64,000 nt of DNA from Clostridia bacterium. GTDB lineage: Bacteria > Bacillota > Clostridia > Oscillospirales > CAG-272. The position numbers and the translations under genes are program-made. Below are positions 36,302 through 45,445 of this stretch, in pieces. The stretch is from NCBI GenBank assembly GCA_017450945.1, contig JAFSSP010000031.1, positions 27,899 through 91,898 of the forward strand. Direction: 5' to 3'. The notes below the pieces were generated by a model, which ran no database searches, was not told the origin of the DNA, and saw only the letters and a list, made by a program, of their open reading frames with translations. Position 1 is the stretch's first letter. Each line of letters opens with the position of its first letter.

Positions 36302-38005
36302 TTATTCGATTCCGGTCAGATCGTAGTTCTCAAGGAACTTCTTTGCTTCTGCACACACGTCAAAGAGGCATTTTTCGTCGAATGGACTCTCAAGTCCTGC
36401 ATTCTCGAGCAGCTCGGTAAAGGTTCGGCTGCCGCCCTGCAGAGTGTAGGCCATGTAGTACTTCCAAGCGTTTGCACGATCCTTTTGGATCATCGCCCAG
36501 AACTCGAGCGCGACCGTTTGCGCAAGGCAATAGTCGATATAGTAGAAGGGCGACGAATAGATATGGTGCTGACGCTGCCAACCCTCGCCCTCACTGTAAA
36601 AGGGGATCTCGCCGTCAAGTCTCTGCCAGGGCATATAAAGCTCGAGGAGCTTTTTCCAAGCCGCATGGCGCTCGGCCGGCGTCCAGTCGGGGTTCTCAAA
36701 AACCAGATGCTGGAAGTGGTCAACCGCCGTGCCGTAAGGGATGAAAGTCAAAGCACCCGCCAGGTGGCTGTAAAGGAATTTTCTCGTATCCTCGCCGAAA
36801 AAGAGCTTTGCCCAGGGCCAGGCGAAAAATTCCATTGACATCGAGTGGACTTCGCAGCCCTCCATGCTCGGCCAGATGGTGCTGATCGGGATGCGGTGGC
36901 GATTGGTCCAGTCGGCAAAGGCATGACCGGCCTCGTGCGTCACGGTCTCCACGTCGTCGCGCGTGCCGTTGAAGTTGGCAAAAATGAAGGGGACGTCGTA
37001 GTCGTAGATGCTTGTGCAGTAACCGCCGCCCGCTTTGCCCTCGGTCGAGAGCAGATCCATGAGTTCGCCGTCGAGCATCGTGTGGAAAAACTCGCTCGTC
37101 TCGGGAGAGAGCTCGTCGTAAAAGCGCTTTGCCGCGGCGACGATCGCGTCGGCATCTCCGGCCGGCTTTGCGTTGCCCGAACGGAACAGGAGCGCGTTGT
37201 CGGCAAAACTCATTGGGTAGGTTTTGCCAAGGCGTTTTGCCTGCTCACGGTAGATGCCGTCGGCGACCGGAACAAGGTATTTGACCACGGCGGCGCGGAA
37301 TTTTTCCACGTCCTCTTTGGTGTAGCAGTTGCGCCCCATGCGGTAGTAGCCCAAAGGGGTATAACCGCCGTAACCGAGCTTTTTGCCCATTTCGTCGCGC
37401 AGATGCACGAGCTTGTCGTAGATCTCGTCCAGCTCCTTCCCATGATCCTTGTACCACTTTCCCTCTGCCTTCCAGGCGGCAAGACGGCGCGCGTCGTCGG
37501 CGTCATTTTTGAAGGGCGAGAGCTGGGAGATGGTATAGGTTTTGCCCTCAAAGGGGATCTCGGCCGAGGCAAGCAATTTTTCATATTCCTGAGTCAGATC
37601 GTTCTCCTTCTGGAGTTCCGGAATGATCTCTGGCGAGAAGGTTTTGAGTGCGATCTCGGCGTTGAGAAAGACGATTTTCCCATACTCGGCTTCAAACTCA
37701 GGACGGAATTGGCTTTTGAGCAGGGCCAGCGTCCATTCCTGAAAGAGTTCTTCGAGCCGGGGACCGAAATCGTTCCAGAATTTGACCTCTTCGTCGTAGA
37801 AAGCGTCCTTGGTGTTGATCGTGTGACGGATCTCGGCCAAGGTGGACGCCGTCATGGTGTGTTTTTCAAACTCCTGCTCGTCGAGAAAAACTTTTTTGGC
37901 CGAAGCGTAATCGGGCGCGCTTTTCAGCGACTCGATCAGTTCCTTCATCCGCTCGATCACCTTTGCCTCGTCCGGGCGGGCATAGGGCATTTCGGAAAAT
38001 TTCAT
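36302..38005 (-). CDS. pepF: M3B oligoendopeptidase F-family peptidase
   Basis: HEAGH zinc motif (THEAGHAF). Start MKFSEMPY at 38005, 13 nt after the IDH stop, with AAAGGAG. Confidence 0.8.
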   Translation of the reverse strand: MKFSEMPYARPDEAKVIERMKELIESLKSAPDYASAKKVFLDEQEFEKHTMTASTLAEIRHTINTKDAFYDEEVKFWNDFGPRLEELFQEWTLALLKSQFRPEFEAEYGKIVFLNAEIALKTFSPEIIPELQKENDLTQEYEKLLASAEIPFEGKTYTISQLSPFKNDADDARRLAAWKAEGKWYKDHGKELDEIYDKLVHLRDEMGKKLGYGGYTPLGYYRMGRNCYTKEDVEKFRAAVVKYLVPVADGIYREQAKRLGKTYPMSFADNALLFRSGNAKPAGDADAIVAAAKRFYDELSPETSEFFHTMLDGELMDLLSTEGKAGGGYCTSIYDYDVPFIFANFNGTRDDVETVTHEAGHAFADWTNRHRIPISTIWPSMEGCEVHSMSMEFFAWPWAKLFFGEDTRKFLYSHLAGALTFIPYGTAVDHFQHLVFENPDWTPAERHAAWKKLLELYMPWQRLDGEIPFYSEGEGWQRQHHIYSSPFYYIDYCLAQTVALEFWAMIQKDRANAWKYYMAYTLQGGSRTFTELLENAGLESPFDEKCLFDVCAEAKKFLENYDLTGIE

Positions 38006-38018
38006 CTTGTTTCTCCTT

Positions 38019-39161
38019 TCAGAGTCGCGCCAGCAGTGCGTCGGCAAACTGACGGCAGGTGGCTCCCTCTCGCGTGCCGGTGACAACGACTTCTTTTGCG
38101 GTTTCGTTCAGTGCTTTTGCAAGCCGATCGGCCGCAGAAGTCAGGCAGATATGGCGCAAGAGCATTTCCAGCGCGCGCAAAAGGCTTTCGGGATTGGCGT
38201 AGTCGCCAAGCCCCTCCTCGATCATGCGGGGCGCCGAGCCGTGGATCGCTTCGAACATGGCGTAGCGGTCGCCGAGATTGGCGCTTCCGGCGGTTCCCAC
38301 GCCGCCCTGAATCTGCGCCGCCTCGTCGGTGATGATGTCGCCGTAGAGGTTGGGAAGCAGAAAGACCTGGAAGCGGTTGCGAATCTCCTTGTTGACCAGG
38401 TTTGCCGCCATGATGTCGATATACCAGTCCTCGGCGGTCACATTCGGATAATCGGCGGCAACCTCGTGGCAGATGGCCGAGAAGTTTCCGTCGGTCTTTT
38501 TCATAATGTTGGCTTTGGTGACAATGGCAAGGTTGGTTTTGCCGTTGTTCTTGGCGTACTCAAAAGCCGCACGCGCGATTCTGCGAGTGCCGGCGTCGGT
38601 GGTCACCTTGAAATCCATTGCGAGCTTGCCCGGAATTTCCACGCCGCGGCTTCCGAGCACGTATTCGCCCTCGGTGTTCTCGCGGTAGAAGATCCAGTCG
38701 ATGCCCTCTTCGGGCAGGGTCACCGGACGCACGTTGGCGTAAAGATCCAGCTCGCGGCGGAGCGTGACGTTCGCGCTCTCAAGCGTGCCGCCCTTGGGTG
38801 TGGTCGTCGGCCCTTTGAGAAGCACATCGCATTCCTTGATCGCATCCAGCGTATCCTTTGGAACCGATACGCCGAGGGCGAGACGATTCTCAATGGTAAG
38901 GCCCTCGATCTGTTTCAGCTCGATTTTGCCGCTTGCAAGTTCCTTTTCAACGAGCTTTTTCAGCACGCGCTCAGTCTCGCGAAAAAGGATCGGGCCGATG
39001 CCGTCGCCGGGAACGAGTCCCACAACGATCTTTTCCATTTTGGAAAAGTCTTTTGCACCCGAGTCTTTCTCCATTTTTTCCTGACGCTCAAGCTGCTGAC
39101 AAAGCAGAGTGCGGAAGGATTCGACCGCGCTCTCAATTTTGGGGGCAAAGGCTTCGTTCAT
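38019..39161 (-). CDS. icd: Isocitrate dehydrogenase (isocitrate/isopropylmalate dehydrogenase family)
   Basis: GDGIGPI, LKGPTTTP and NLYGDIITDEAAQIQGG family motifs. Assigned to isocitrate because of its operon context with citrate synthase and aconitase. Confidence 0.7.
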   Translation of the reverse strand: MNEAFAPKIESAVESFRTLLCQQLERQEKMEKDSGAKDFSKMEKIVVGLVPGDGIGPILFRETERVLKKLVEKELASGKIELKQIEGLTIENRLALGVSVPKDTLDAIKECDVLLKGPTTTPKGGTLESANVTLRRELDLYANVRPVTLPEEGIDWIFYRENTEGEYVLGSRGVEIPGKLAMDFKVTTDAGTRRIARAAFEYAKNNGKTNLAIVTKANIMKKTDGNFSAICHEVAADYPNVTAEDWYIDIMAANLVNKEIRNRFQVFLLPNLYGDIITDEAAQIQGGVGTAGSANLGDRYAMFEAIHGSAPRMIEEGLGDYANPESLLRALEMLLRHICLTSAADRLAKALNETAKEVVVTGTREGATCRQFADALLARL

Positions 39162-39162
39162 A

Positions 39163-41094
39163 TCAGTTTCCTCCCTCTCTGGTGTAGTCAAGCAGACCGC
39201 CGGCACGCAGGATCGCGGCCTGCCGATCGGTAAAGGAGCAGGTCAAAGCAAAGCGCTCACCTGTCGTCTCGTCGGTCAGAACAATCTTTCCGGTCATAAG
39301 GCCTTCAAAGATGTTGGAGAGCGTCAGCTTGTCGCCCTGCGCCACTTTGTCGTAATCGGCTTCGTTGGCAAAAGTCAAGGGAAGAATTCCCGCATTGATG
39401 AGGTTTGCCGCATGGATCCGGGCAAAGCTCTTGGCGATCACGGCGCGCACACCGAGATAGAGCGGCACGAGCGCCGCGTGTTCGCGCGAGGACCCCTGCC
39501 CGTAGTTGCTTCCGCCGACCAGGATCGTCTCCCCCGCCGCCTTGGCTCGCTCGGAGAAGCTCTCGTCACAAACGGCAAAACAGAATTTCGACAGATAAGG
39601 AATGTTCGAGCGGTAGGGCAAAATCTTGGCGCCTGCCGGCATGATGTGGTCGGTGGTGATGTTGTCGCCGACTTTTAAGGTCAGGTTTGCCGTGATCGAA
39701 TCGGTCAAGGGATGGCTCTCCGGGAATTTTCCGATGTTCGGCCCGCGCAAAACTTCCACGTCCTTTGCTTCCTCTACCGAAGCAGGCGCGAGCACCGCGC
39801 TGTCGTCAATGAGGAAAGAGGACGGAATTTCCACCTTGGGCGCATCTCCGAGCAGCCTCGGATCGGTGATCTGACCGGTCAGTGCGGCCGCGACTGCGGT
39901 CTCGGGCGAGACAAGATAGACCTTTGCGTCCTTGGTGCCGCTCCGGCCTTCAAAGTTGCGGTTGAAGGTTCTCAGGCTCACGCCGGCCGAGTTGGGAGAA
40001 AATCCCATGCCGATGCAAGGGCCGCAGGCACATTCGAGTACACGGGCGCCGCTTGCCAGAATATCCGAGAGCGCGCCGCAGTTTGCAAGCATGCGGAGCA
40101 CCTGTTTGGATCCGGGAGAGACCGACAGGCTGACCGAGGGATCGATCGTTTTTCCCTTCAGCAGTGCGGCGACTTTGAGCAGATCATAAAGAGAGGAATT
40201 CGTGCAGGAACCGATACAGACCTGATCCACTCTCGTTCCTTTGAGGCTTGCCACCGTCACCACGTTGTCCGGGCTGTGCGGGCAGGCGATGAGCGGCTCG
40301 AGTTTGGAAAGATCAATGTCGATGACTCTGTCGTAGACCGCGTCGGGATCGGATGCAAGCGGCACAAAATCGCCTTCTCTACCCTGTGCTTTGAGGAATG
40401 CTCTTGTCACTTCGTCCGATGGGAAAATCGAGGTGGTCGCGCCAAGTTCGGTTCCCATATTGGTGATGGTCGCGCGTTCCGGGACAGAGAGGCTCCCTAT
40501 CCCCTCGCCGCCCCATTCGATGATCGAACCCACGCCGCCTTTGACCGACAGGATCCGCAGAATTTCAAGACTGACGTCCTTTGCGGTCACGAAGGGACGA
40601 AGTTTTCCTGTCAGATTGACCTTGATCATCTTGGGCATGGTGATATAGTAAGCGCCGCCGCCCATGGCGACCGCCACGTCGAGCCCCCCGGCACCGAAGG
40701 CAAGCATGCCGATACCGCCGCCGGTCGGGGTGTGGCTGTCCGAGCCGATGAGCGTTCTTCCGGGAATCCCGAAGCGCTCGAGATGCACCTGGTGGCAGAT
40801 TCCGTTGCCCGGACGCGAGAAATAGATGCCGTGCTTTTTTGCCACCGACTGGATGTAGCGGTGATCGTCGGCATTTTCAAAACCCGATTGCAGGGTGTTG
40901 TGATCGATATAAGCGACGCTCTTCTGCGTTTTCACGCGATCCACGCCCATCGCCTCGAATTCGAGATAGGCCATGGTGCCGGTGGCATCCTGCGTAAGCG
41001 TCTGGTCGATGCGGAGAGCGACCTCTTCACCGGGGATCATAGTCCCCTTCACGAGGTGTTCTTTGATGATTTTTTGCGCGATGGTATATCCCAT
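39163..41094 (-). CDS. acn: Aconitate hydratase
   Basis: Fe-S ligand regions IGSDSHT, GSCTNSS and CGPCIGMG, 643 aa. Confidence 0.9.
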   Translation of the reverse strand: MGYTIAQKIIKEHLVKGTMIPGEEVALRIDQTLTQDATGTMAYLEFEAMGVDRVKTQKSVAYIDHNTLQSGFENADDHRYIQSVAKKHGIYFSRPGNGICHQVHLERFGIPGRTLIGSDSHTPTGGGIGMLAFGAGGLDVAVAMGGGAYYITMPKMIKVNLTGKLRPFVTAKDVSLEILRILSVKGGVGSIIEWGGEGIGSLSVPERATITNMGTELGATTSIFPSDEVTRAFLKAQGREGDFVPLASDPDAVYDRVIDIDLSKLEPLIACPHSPDNVVTVASLKGTRVDQVCIGSCTNSSLYDLLKVAALLKGKTIDPSVSLSVSPGSKQVLRMLANCGALSDILASGARVLECACGPCIGMGFSPNSAGVSLRTFNRNFEGRSGTKDAKVYLVSPETAVAAALTGQITDPRLLGDAPKVEIPSSFLIDDSAVLAPASVEEAKDVEVLRGPNIGKFPESHPLTDSITANLTLKVGDNITTDHIMPAGAKILPYRSNIPYLSKFCFAVCDESFSERAKAAGETILVGGSNYGQGSSREHAALVPLYLGVRAVIAKSFARIHAANLINAGILPLTFANEADYDKVAQGDKLTLSNIFEGLMTGKIVLTDETTGERFALTCSFTDRQAAILRAGGLLDYTREGGN

Positions 41095-41095
41095 A

Positions 41096-41734
41096 TCAGT
41101 TCTCCTTCAGAATATTGGCTTTCGCGTTCTGAATATGCGCGCGAATGGCCGCCTCAGCCGCATCCGGATCGTGTGCGGCGATCGCCTCAAAGATCATGCG
41201 GTGTTCTTTTACCGACTGCTCGGCGCGTCCGGTCTTTTGGATCGAGGCCTTGCGGAACTTCTGCACCTTGGTGTGAAGCGGCATGAGAACGTCGTAGTAA
41301 ACCGCGCTCCCGCAATAGCGGTAAAGCTGTTCGTGAAAATCGCTGTCCATCGATTTGAGGCGCTCGGCGTCCTTCTTTTGCAGGTAGAATTCCTGCAGTT
41401 CGAGCGTTTCCTTCAAGCGTTCCAGTTCTTCGTCGGTGATCTGCTCGGCGGCGCGGCGTGCGGCCATGTATTCGATCTGCAGCCGGATCTCGTAGATGTC
41501 TTCGAGATCCTCGGTAGTCACGCCGAGAATGCGGATGCCCTTGCCGGTCGATTCGACCAGATGCTCCTGTTCCAATCTGCCGAGCGCCTCGCGGATCGGG
41601 GTGCGGCTGACGCCGAGATTTTCCGAGAGGATGCTCTCGGTCAGAATCTCTCCTCTTTGATAGTTGCCGGAGAGGATCTCATTTTCCAGGCGGTCAAAGA
41701 CCTGTTGGGCAAGCGAAAAGGTTTTATGTTCCAT
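41096..41734 (-). CDS. GntR-family (FadR/FCD-type) transcriptional regulator
   Basis: N-terminal winged HTH (LTESILSENLGVSRTPIREALGRLEQEHLV) plus a helical FCD-like C-terminal domain. Confidence 0.85.
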   Translation of the reverse strand: MEHKTFSLAQQVFDRLENEILSGNYQRGEILTESILSENLGVSRTPIREALGRLEQEHLVESTGKGIRILGVTTEDLEDIYEIRLQIEYMAARRAAEQITDEELERLKETLELQEFYLQKKDAERLKSMDSDFHEQLYRYCGSAVYYDVLMPLHTKVQKFRKASIQKTGRAEQSVKEHRMIFEAIAAHDPDAAEAAIRAHIQNAKANILKEN

Positions 41735-41752
41735 GGTTTTTCCCTTCTCTCC

Positions 41753-43129
41753 TTAAAGTCGTTTGAAACGGCCGCGTGACAGCTCCTCGAGCTTTGTCTC
41801 CACTTCTGCCGTGGAGAGCGAAGTCTGGCGTCCGTCTTCGTATTCTTTGTCGATCCAGTCTTTCAGAGCCACGACGACCGGGTCGTGCTTGTCGACCTGC
41901 TCGGATTCGGACAGGCGATAGGTCTCGTTGATCCAATAAGCGATCCCGGCAAGCCCGGAGGTTTTTCCGAGGATGACGGTTGCCGCGCGGCCGAGCAGTT
42001 TTTTGGTGTCGAAAATGTTGTAGATCTCTTCGTCCTTGAGCAGGCCGTCGGCGTGGATGCCGGCGCGGGTCATGTTGAAGCTCGACCCGACAAAGGGAGT
42101 CATGGGCGGGATCTTGTAGCCGATCTCGTTCTTGAAATAATCGGCGATCTCGGTGATGACCGTGGTGTCCATGCCGTCAAGAGAGCCGCGCAGTCCCGCG
42201 TACTCAAAGACCATGGCTTCCAGCGGCACGTTGCCGGTGCGTTCGCCGATGCCGAGCATCGAGCAGTTGACGCCCGAAGCGCCGTAGAGCCACGCGGTCG
42301 AAGCGTTGGTGACCGCCTTGTAAAAATCGTTGTGACCGTGCCACTCCAGCATTTCACTCGGCACATCGGAATAGTGCTGGAGACCGTAGATGATGCCCGG
42401 AACGCTTCTCGGGATCGCGACCTCCGGGTAAGGCACGCCATAGCCCATCGTGTCGCAGGCGCGGATGCGAACCGGGATCCCCGCGTCGGCCGAGAGCTTC
42501 ATCAGCTCGTTGACAAAGGGGACGACAAAACCGTAAAAATCGGCTCTGGTGATATCCTCCAAGTGACAGCGCGGCATCACACCGGCTTCAAAGGCGTCCG
42601 AAACCGCGGCAAGATAATGCTCCATGCACTCGCGGCGAGTCATTTTCATCTTTTTGAAGATGTGATAGTCACTGCAGGAAACAAGGATGCCGGTCTCGCG
42701 GATGCCGAGATCCTTGACCAGCTTAAAGTCCTCGCGGCTGGCGCGGATCCAGGTGGTGATCTCCGGGAATCGAAGACCCAGCTCCTGACATTTTTCAACC
42801 GCTTCCCTGTCCTTTTTGCTGTAGACGAACATCTCGGTCTGGCGAATGATCCCGTAGGGACCGCCGAGCTTGGAGAGCAGTTTGTAAAGATGCACGATCT
42901 GGTCAACGGTATATGGCTCGACCGACTGCTGTCCGTCGCGGAAGGAGGTATCGGTGATCCAGATATCCTCCGGCATGCCGATCGGCACGCGGCGGTGGTT
43001 GAATGCGATACGCGGTACTTCCTCATAGGGATAAACGTCGCGGTAGAGGTTTGGCTCGGCGACGTCCTGCAAGGAATACTTGTAGCTTTTTTGCTCCAGT
43101 AAATTGGTTTTGTCCGAAATTTCGAGCAC
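41753..43129 (-). CDS. Re-face citrate synthase candidate (HMGL/isopropylmalate-synthase-like family)
   Basis: DTSFRDGQQ and HGHNDFY motifs of the IPMS/homocitrate synthase fold. GTG start at 43129, 6 nt after GGGAGTG. It lies in an operon with aconitase and IDH. Confidence 0.65.
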   Translation of the reverse strand: MLEISDKTNLLEQKSYKYSLQDVAEPNLYRDVYPYEEVPRIAFNHRRVPIGMPEDIWITDTSFRDGQQSVEPYTVDQIVHLYKLLSKLGGPYGIIRQTEMFVYSKKDREAVEKCQELGLRFPEITTWIRASREDFKLVKDLGIRETGILVSCSDYHIFKKMKMTRRECMEHYLAAVSDAFEAGVMPRCHLEDITRADFYGFVVPFVNELMKLSADAGIPVRIRACDTMGYGVPYPEVAIPRSVPGIIYGLQHYSDVPSEMLEWHGHNDFYKAVTNASTAWLYGASGVNCSMLGIGERTGNVPLEAMVFEYAGLRGSLDGMDTTVITEIADYFKNEIGYKIPPMTPFVGSSFNMTRAGIHADGLLKDEEIYNIFDTKKLLGRAATVILGKTSGLAGIAYWINETYRLSESEQVDKHDPVVVALKDWIDKEYEDGRQTSLSTAEVETKLEELSRGRFKRL

Positions 43130-43152
43130 GGAATTCACTCCCTTATTCTTTG

Positions 43153-43191
43153 ATTGTATACAATTATACATTGCATACACGCATTTGTCAA
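43153..43191 (-). promoter_or_regulatory. Consensus promoter overlapped by 12-bp palindrome ATTGTATACAAT
   Basis: On the minus strand: TTGACA (43191-43186), 17 nt, TATAAT (43168-43163). The perfect palindrome at 43153-43164 overlaps the -10 and the start point. Confidence 0.55.
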
Positions 43192-43310
43192 TACAATTTA
43201 ATAATTTCTTCTGCGGTTTTTCTGTTTTTTTGCAAAAAAAACTTGCAAAGCTCTTTTTCTTATGATAAAATGGTGGCAACGAATCCAATCAGCAAAAAGG
43301 AGGGCTTTTT

Positions 43311-45242
43311 ATGGCCACTCGCAACCGTTTTCGTCCCTCGGCCCTGCCGCTTGTTCCCTGCGATCCCTATTTCAGTCTATGGTGCTTTGCCGATCGACTG
43401 ACCGACGACTCGACCCGCCACTGGACCGGCCGCAGACAATCGGCCTTCGGCATGCTCAAGATCGACGGAAAGCCCTATCGTTTCATGGGCAAAACGCAAC
43501 TGGAAGAGACCTATTATACCGACGGCCCGGCGCTCCGCCAAAGTTCGGTGCGTGTGACTCCGACCTCCACGGTCTTTCTCTTCACCCATCCGCTCTGCCG
43601 CTTCAAGCTGACCTTCCTCACTCCGGCGCTTCCAGACCGTCCGGAGGTCTTTTCGCGTCCGGTGACCTATGTTTCCTACGAGATCACGCCACGCGAGGCG
43701 GGACATTCCTTTGAAGTCTGGTTCGACGTCTCTGCCGAGTTTGCGGGAGACTTTGCCGGGCAGAAGATTTCGGTCTTCTCAGAACCCGGTCACGCATGGC
43801 TGGGAGACGCCGAGCAGAACCCGCTCACCAAAAGCGGCGACGATCTGCGCATCGACTGGGGATACCTGCACCTCCTTCACCCGAATGTCAAGCCCTACCT
43901 GCTCCGTCAGAGGCTCAAATACTTCAAAAAATCCACCAAACAGCACTACCCGATCGCCTCGGGCGAGAATATCTCGATGAAGCGCCTGCCGCTGCTCGTT
44001 GCGGTTTCCGAAAAGCTCTCGGACGTCTTTGTCCTCGCCTACGACGGTGATCCTGCGATCGAATATTTCGGCGAGAAAAAGAATTCCTATTCGAGAAGCT
44101 ATTACGGCGATTTCAATACTCTGCTTGCGACGGCGGTCAAGGATTACCCCGAACTCGTAAAAGAATGCGCCGCCTTCGACAAAGAATTAACCAAGCGAAT
44201 GAAGGCCGTCTCGCCCGAATACGCAAAACTCGGCGCCCTTGCCTGGCGTCAGGTCTTTGCCGCGCACAAGCTCATCGAGGTCGACGGCAAGCTCGTATTC
44301 CTCTCCAAAGAATGTTTCAGCAACGGTTGCGTGGCGACGCTCGACGTGACCTATCCCTCCTCGCCGCTCTTCCTCGAATTTAACCCTGAGTTCGTTCTCG
44401 GCATGCTCCGCCCGCTCTTCCGCTACGCAAGGAGCGACGCGTGGCCCTTTGACTTTGCCCCCCACGACTGCGGAACCTACCCGCTCTGCAACGGACAGGT
44501 CTACGGTTGGGAACATGGGATCAACGACAAACTGCAAATGCCGGTCGAAGAGTGCGGAAATGCGATCCTCATGGTCGCCGCCGTGACCAAAAAGACCGGT
44601 GACCGATCCTTTGCCGAAGAGAATCGCGATCTTCTCACCAAGTGGGCGGATTATCTTTCGTGCCACGGCTACGATCCCAAAAACCAGCTCTGCACCGACG
44701 ACTTTGCCGGGCATCTGCCGCACAACTGCAACCTCTCCTTAAAAGCCATCGTCGCACTCGGAGCGGCCGGAAAGCTCTATTCCGAAAAGCGTTACACGAA
44801 TGCCGCGCGCCGCATGGCCGAGCGTTGGCAACACGAGGCAAAGCGCCAGTGCGGTCCCGGCTACCGCCTCGCCTTTGACAAGGACGATAGCTGGAGCCTC
44901 AAATACAATCTGGTCTGGGATAAACTTCTCGGGCTGTCTCTCTTCCCGGATGCCGTGGGCGAGGCCGAGGTCGCGCTCTACCGCGAAAAATACGCCCGTT
45001 ACGGCACGCCTCTCGACTGCCGCGCCACCTATACAAAACCCGACTGGCTCGCCTTTACCACACTGCTCACCAAAGATAAAACCTACGCAAACGAAGTCTA
45101 CCGTCAGATGGAGCGCGCCGTCAGCGAGACGCCCGACCGCGTCCCCTTCTGCGACTACTACGATACCGTCGACGCCCGCCAGTGGATGTTCCAAGGTCGC
45201 TCGACCCTGGGCGCGCTGTTTATCAATTTGTTGGAATTTTAA
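43311..45242 (+). CDS. Glutaminase-A-like protein (DUF4965/DUF1793-type, putative glycoside hydrolase)
   Basis: 643 aa. The N-terminus PLVPCDPYFSLW...HWTG...IDGKPYRFMG is characteristic of this family. No signal peptide. Confidence 0.55.
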   Translation: MATRNRFRPSALPLVPCDPYFSLWCFADRLTDDSTRHWTGRRQSAFGMLKIDGKPYRFMGKTQLEETYYTDGPALRQSSVRVTPTSTVFLFTHPLCRFKLTFLTPALPDRPEVFSRPVTYVSYEITPREAGHSFEVWFDVSAEFAGDFAGQKISVFSEPGHAWLGDAEQNPLTKSGDDLRIDWGYLHLLHPNVKPYLLRQRLKYFKKSTKQHYPIASGENISMKRLPLLVAVSEKLSDVFVLAYDGDPAIEYFGEKKNSYSRSYYGDFNTLLATAVKDYPELVKECAAFDKELTKRMKAVSPEYAKLGALAWRQVFAAHKLIEVDGKLVFLSKECFSNGCVATLDVTYPSSPLFLEFNPEFVLGMLRPLFRYARSDAWPFDFAPHDCGTYPLCNGQVYGWEHGINDKLQMPVEECGNAILMVAAVTKKTGDRSFAEENRDLLTKWADYLSCHGYDPKNQLCTDDFAGHLPHNCNLSLKAIVALGAAGKLYSEKRYTNAARRMAERWQHEAKRQCGPGYRLAFDKDDSWSLKYNLVWDKLLGLSLFPDAVGEAEVALYREKYARYGTPLDCRATYTKPDWLAFTTLLTKDKTYANEVYRQMERAVSETPDRVPFCDYYDTVDARQWMFQGRSTLGALFINLLEF

Positions 45243-45261
45243 GATTTTGAAAAAGAGAAAT

Positions 45262-45428
45262 GCGGAGGAAACTTTTCGAGAAAAGTTTCCTCCGCACCTC
45301 TTTCAAAAGCTTCAAACAAATAAAAACGCTCGCCGGAATGTCCGGCGAAGCGCCAAAAGAAATCGTTTTATAGTTTTTTCGGAAAGGGTGCGGGAAAACC
45401 TCTTTTTTTCAAAAAAGGGTTTTCCCGC
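45262..45428. repeat. Composite two-hairpin terminator-like element (copy 2, inverted relative to copy 1)
   Basis: Hairpins at 45262-45295 (GCGGAGGAAAC type) and 45390-45428 (GCGGGAAAACC type), between two convergent genes. Confidence 0.75.
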
Positions 45429-45445
45429 AATCATTTTCCTTTTCC

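Noticed and set aside
36845-43102. A series of 400-520-aa plus-strand ORFs (36845-38083, 38007-39233, 39712-41286, 41885-43102)
   Set aside because: All are antisense shadows of pepF, icd, acn and the citrate-synthase-like gene. They have no RBS or promoter and their composition is low-complexity.
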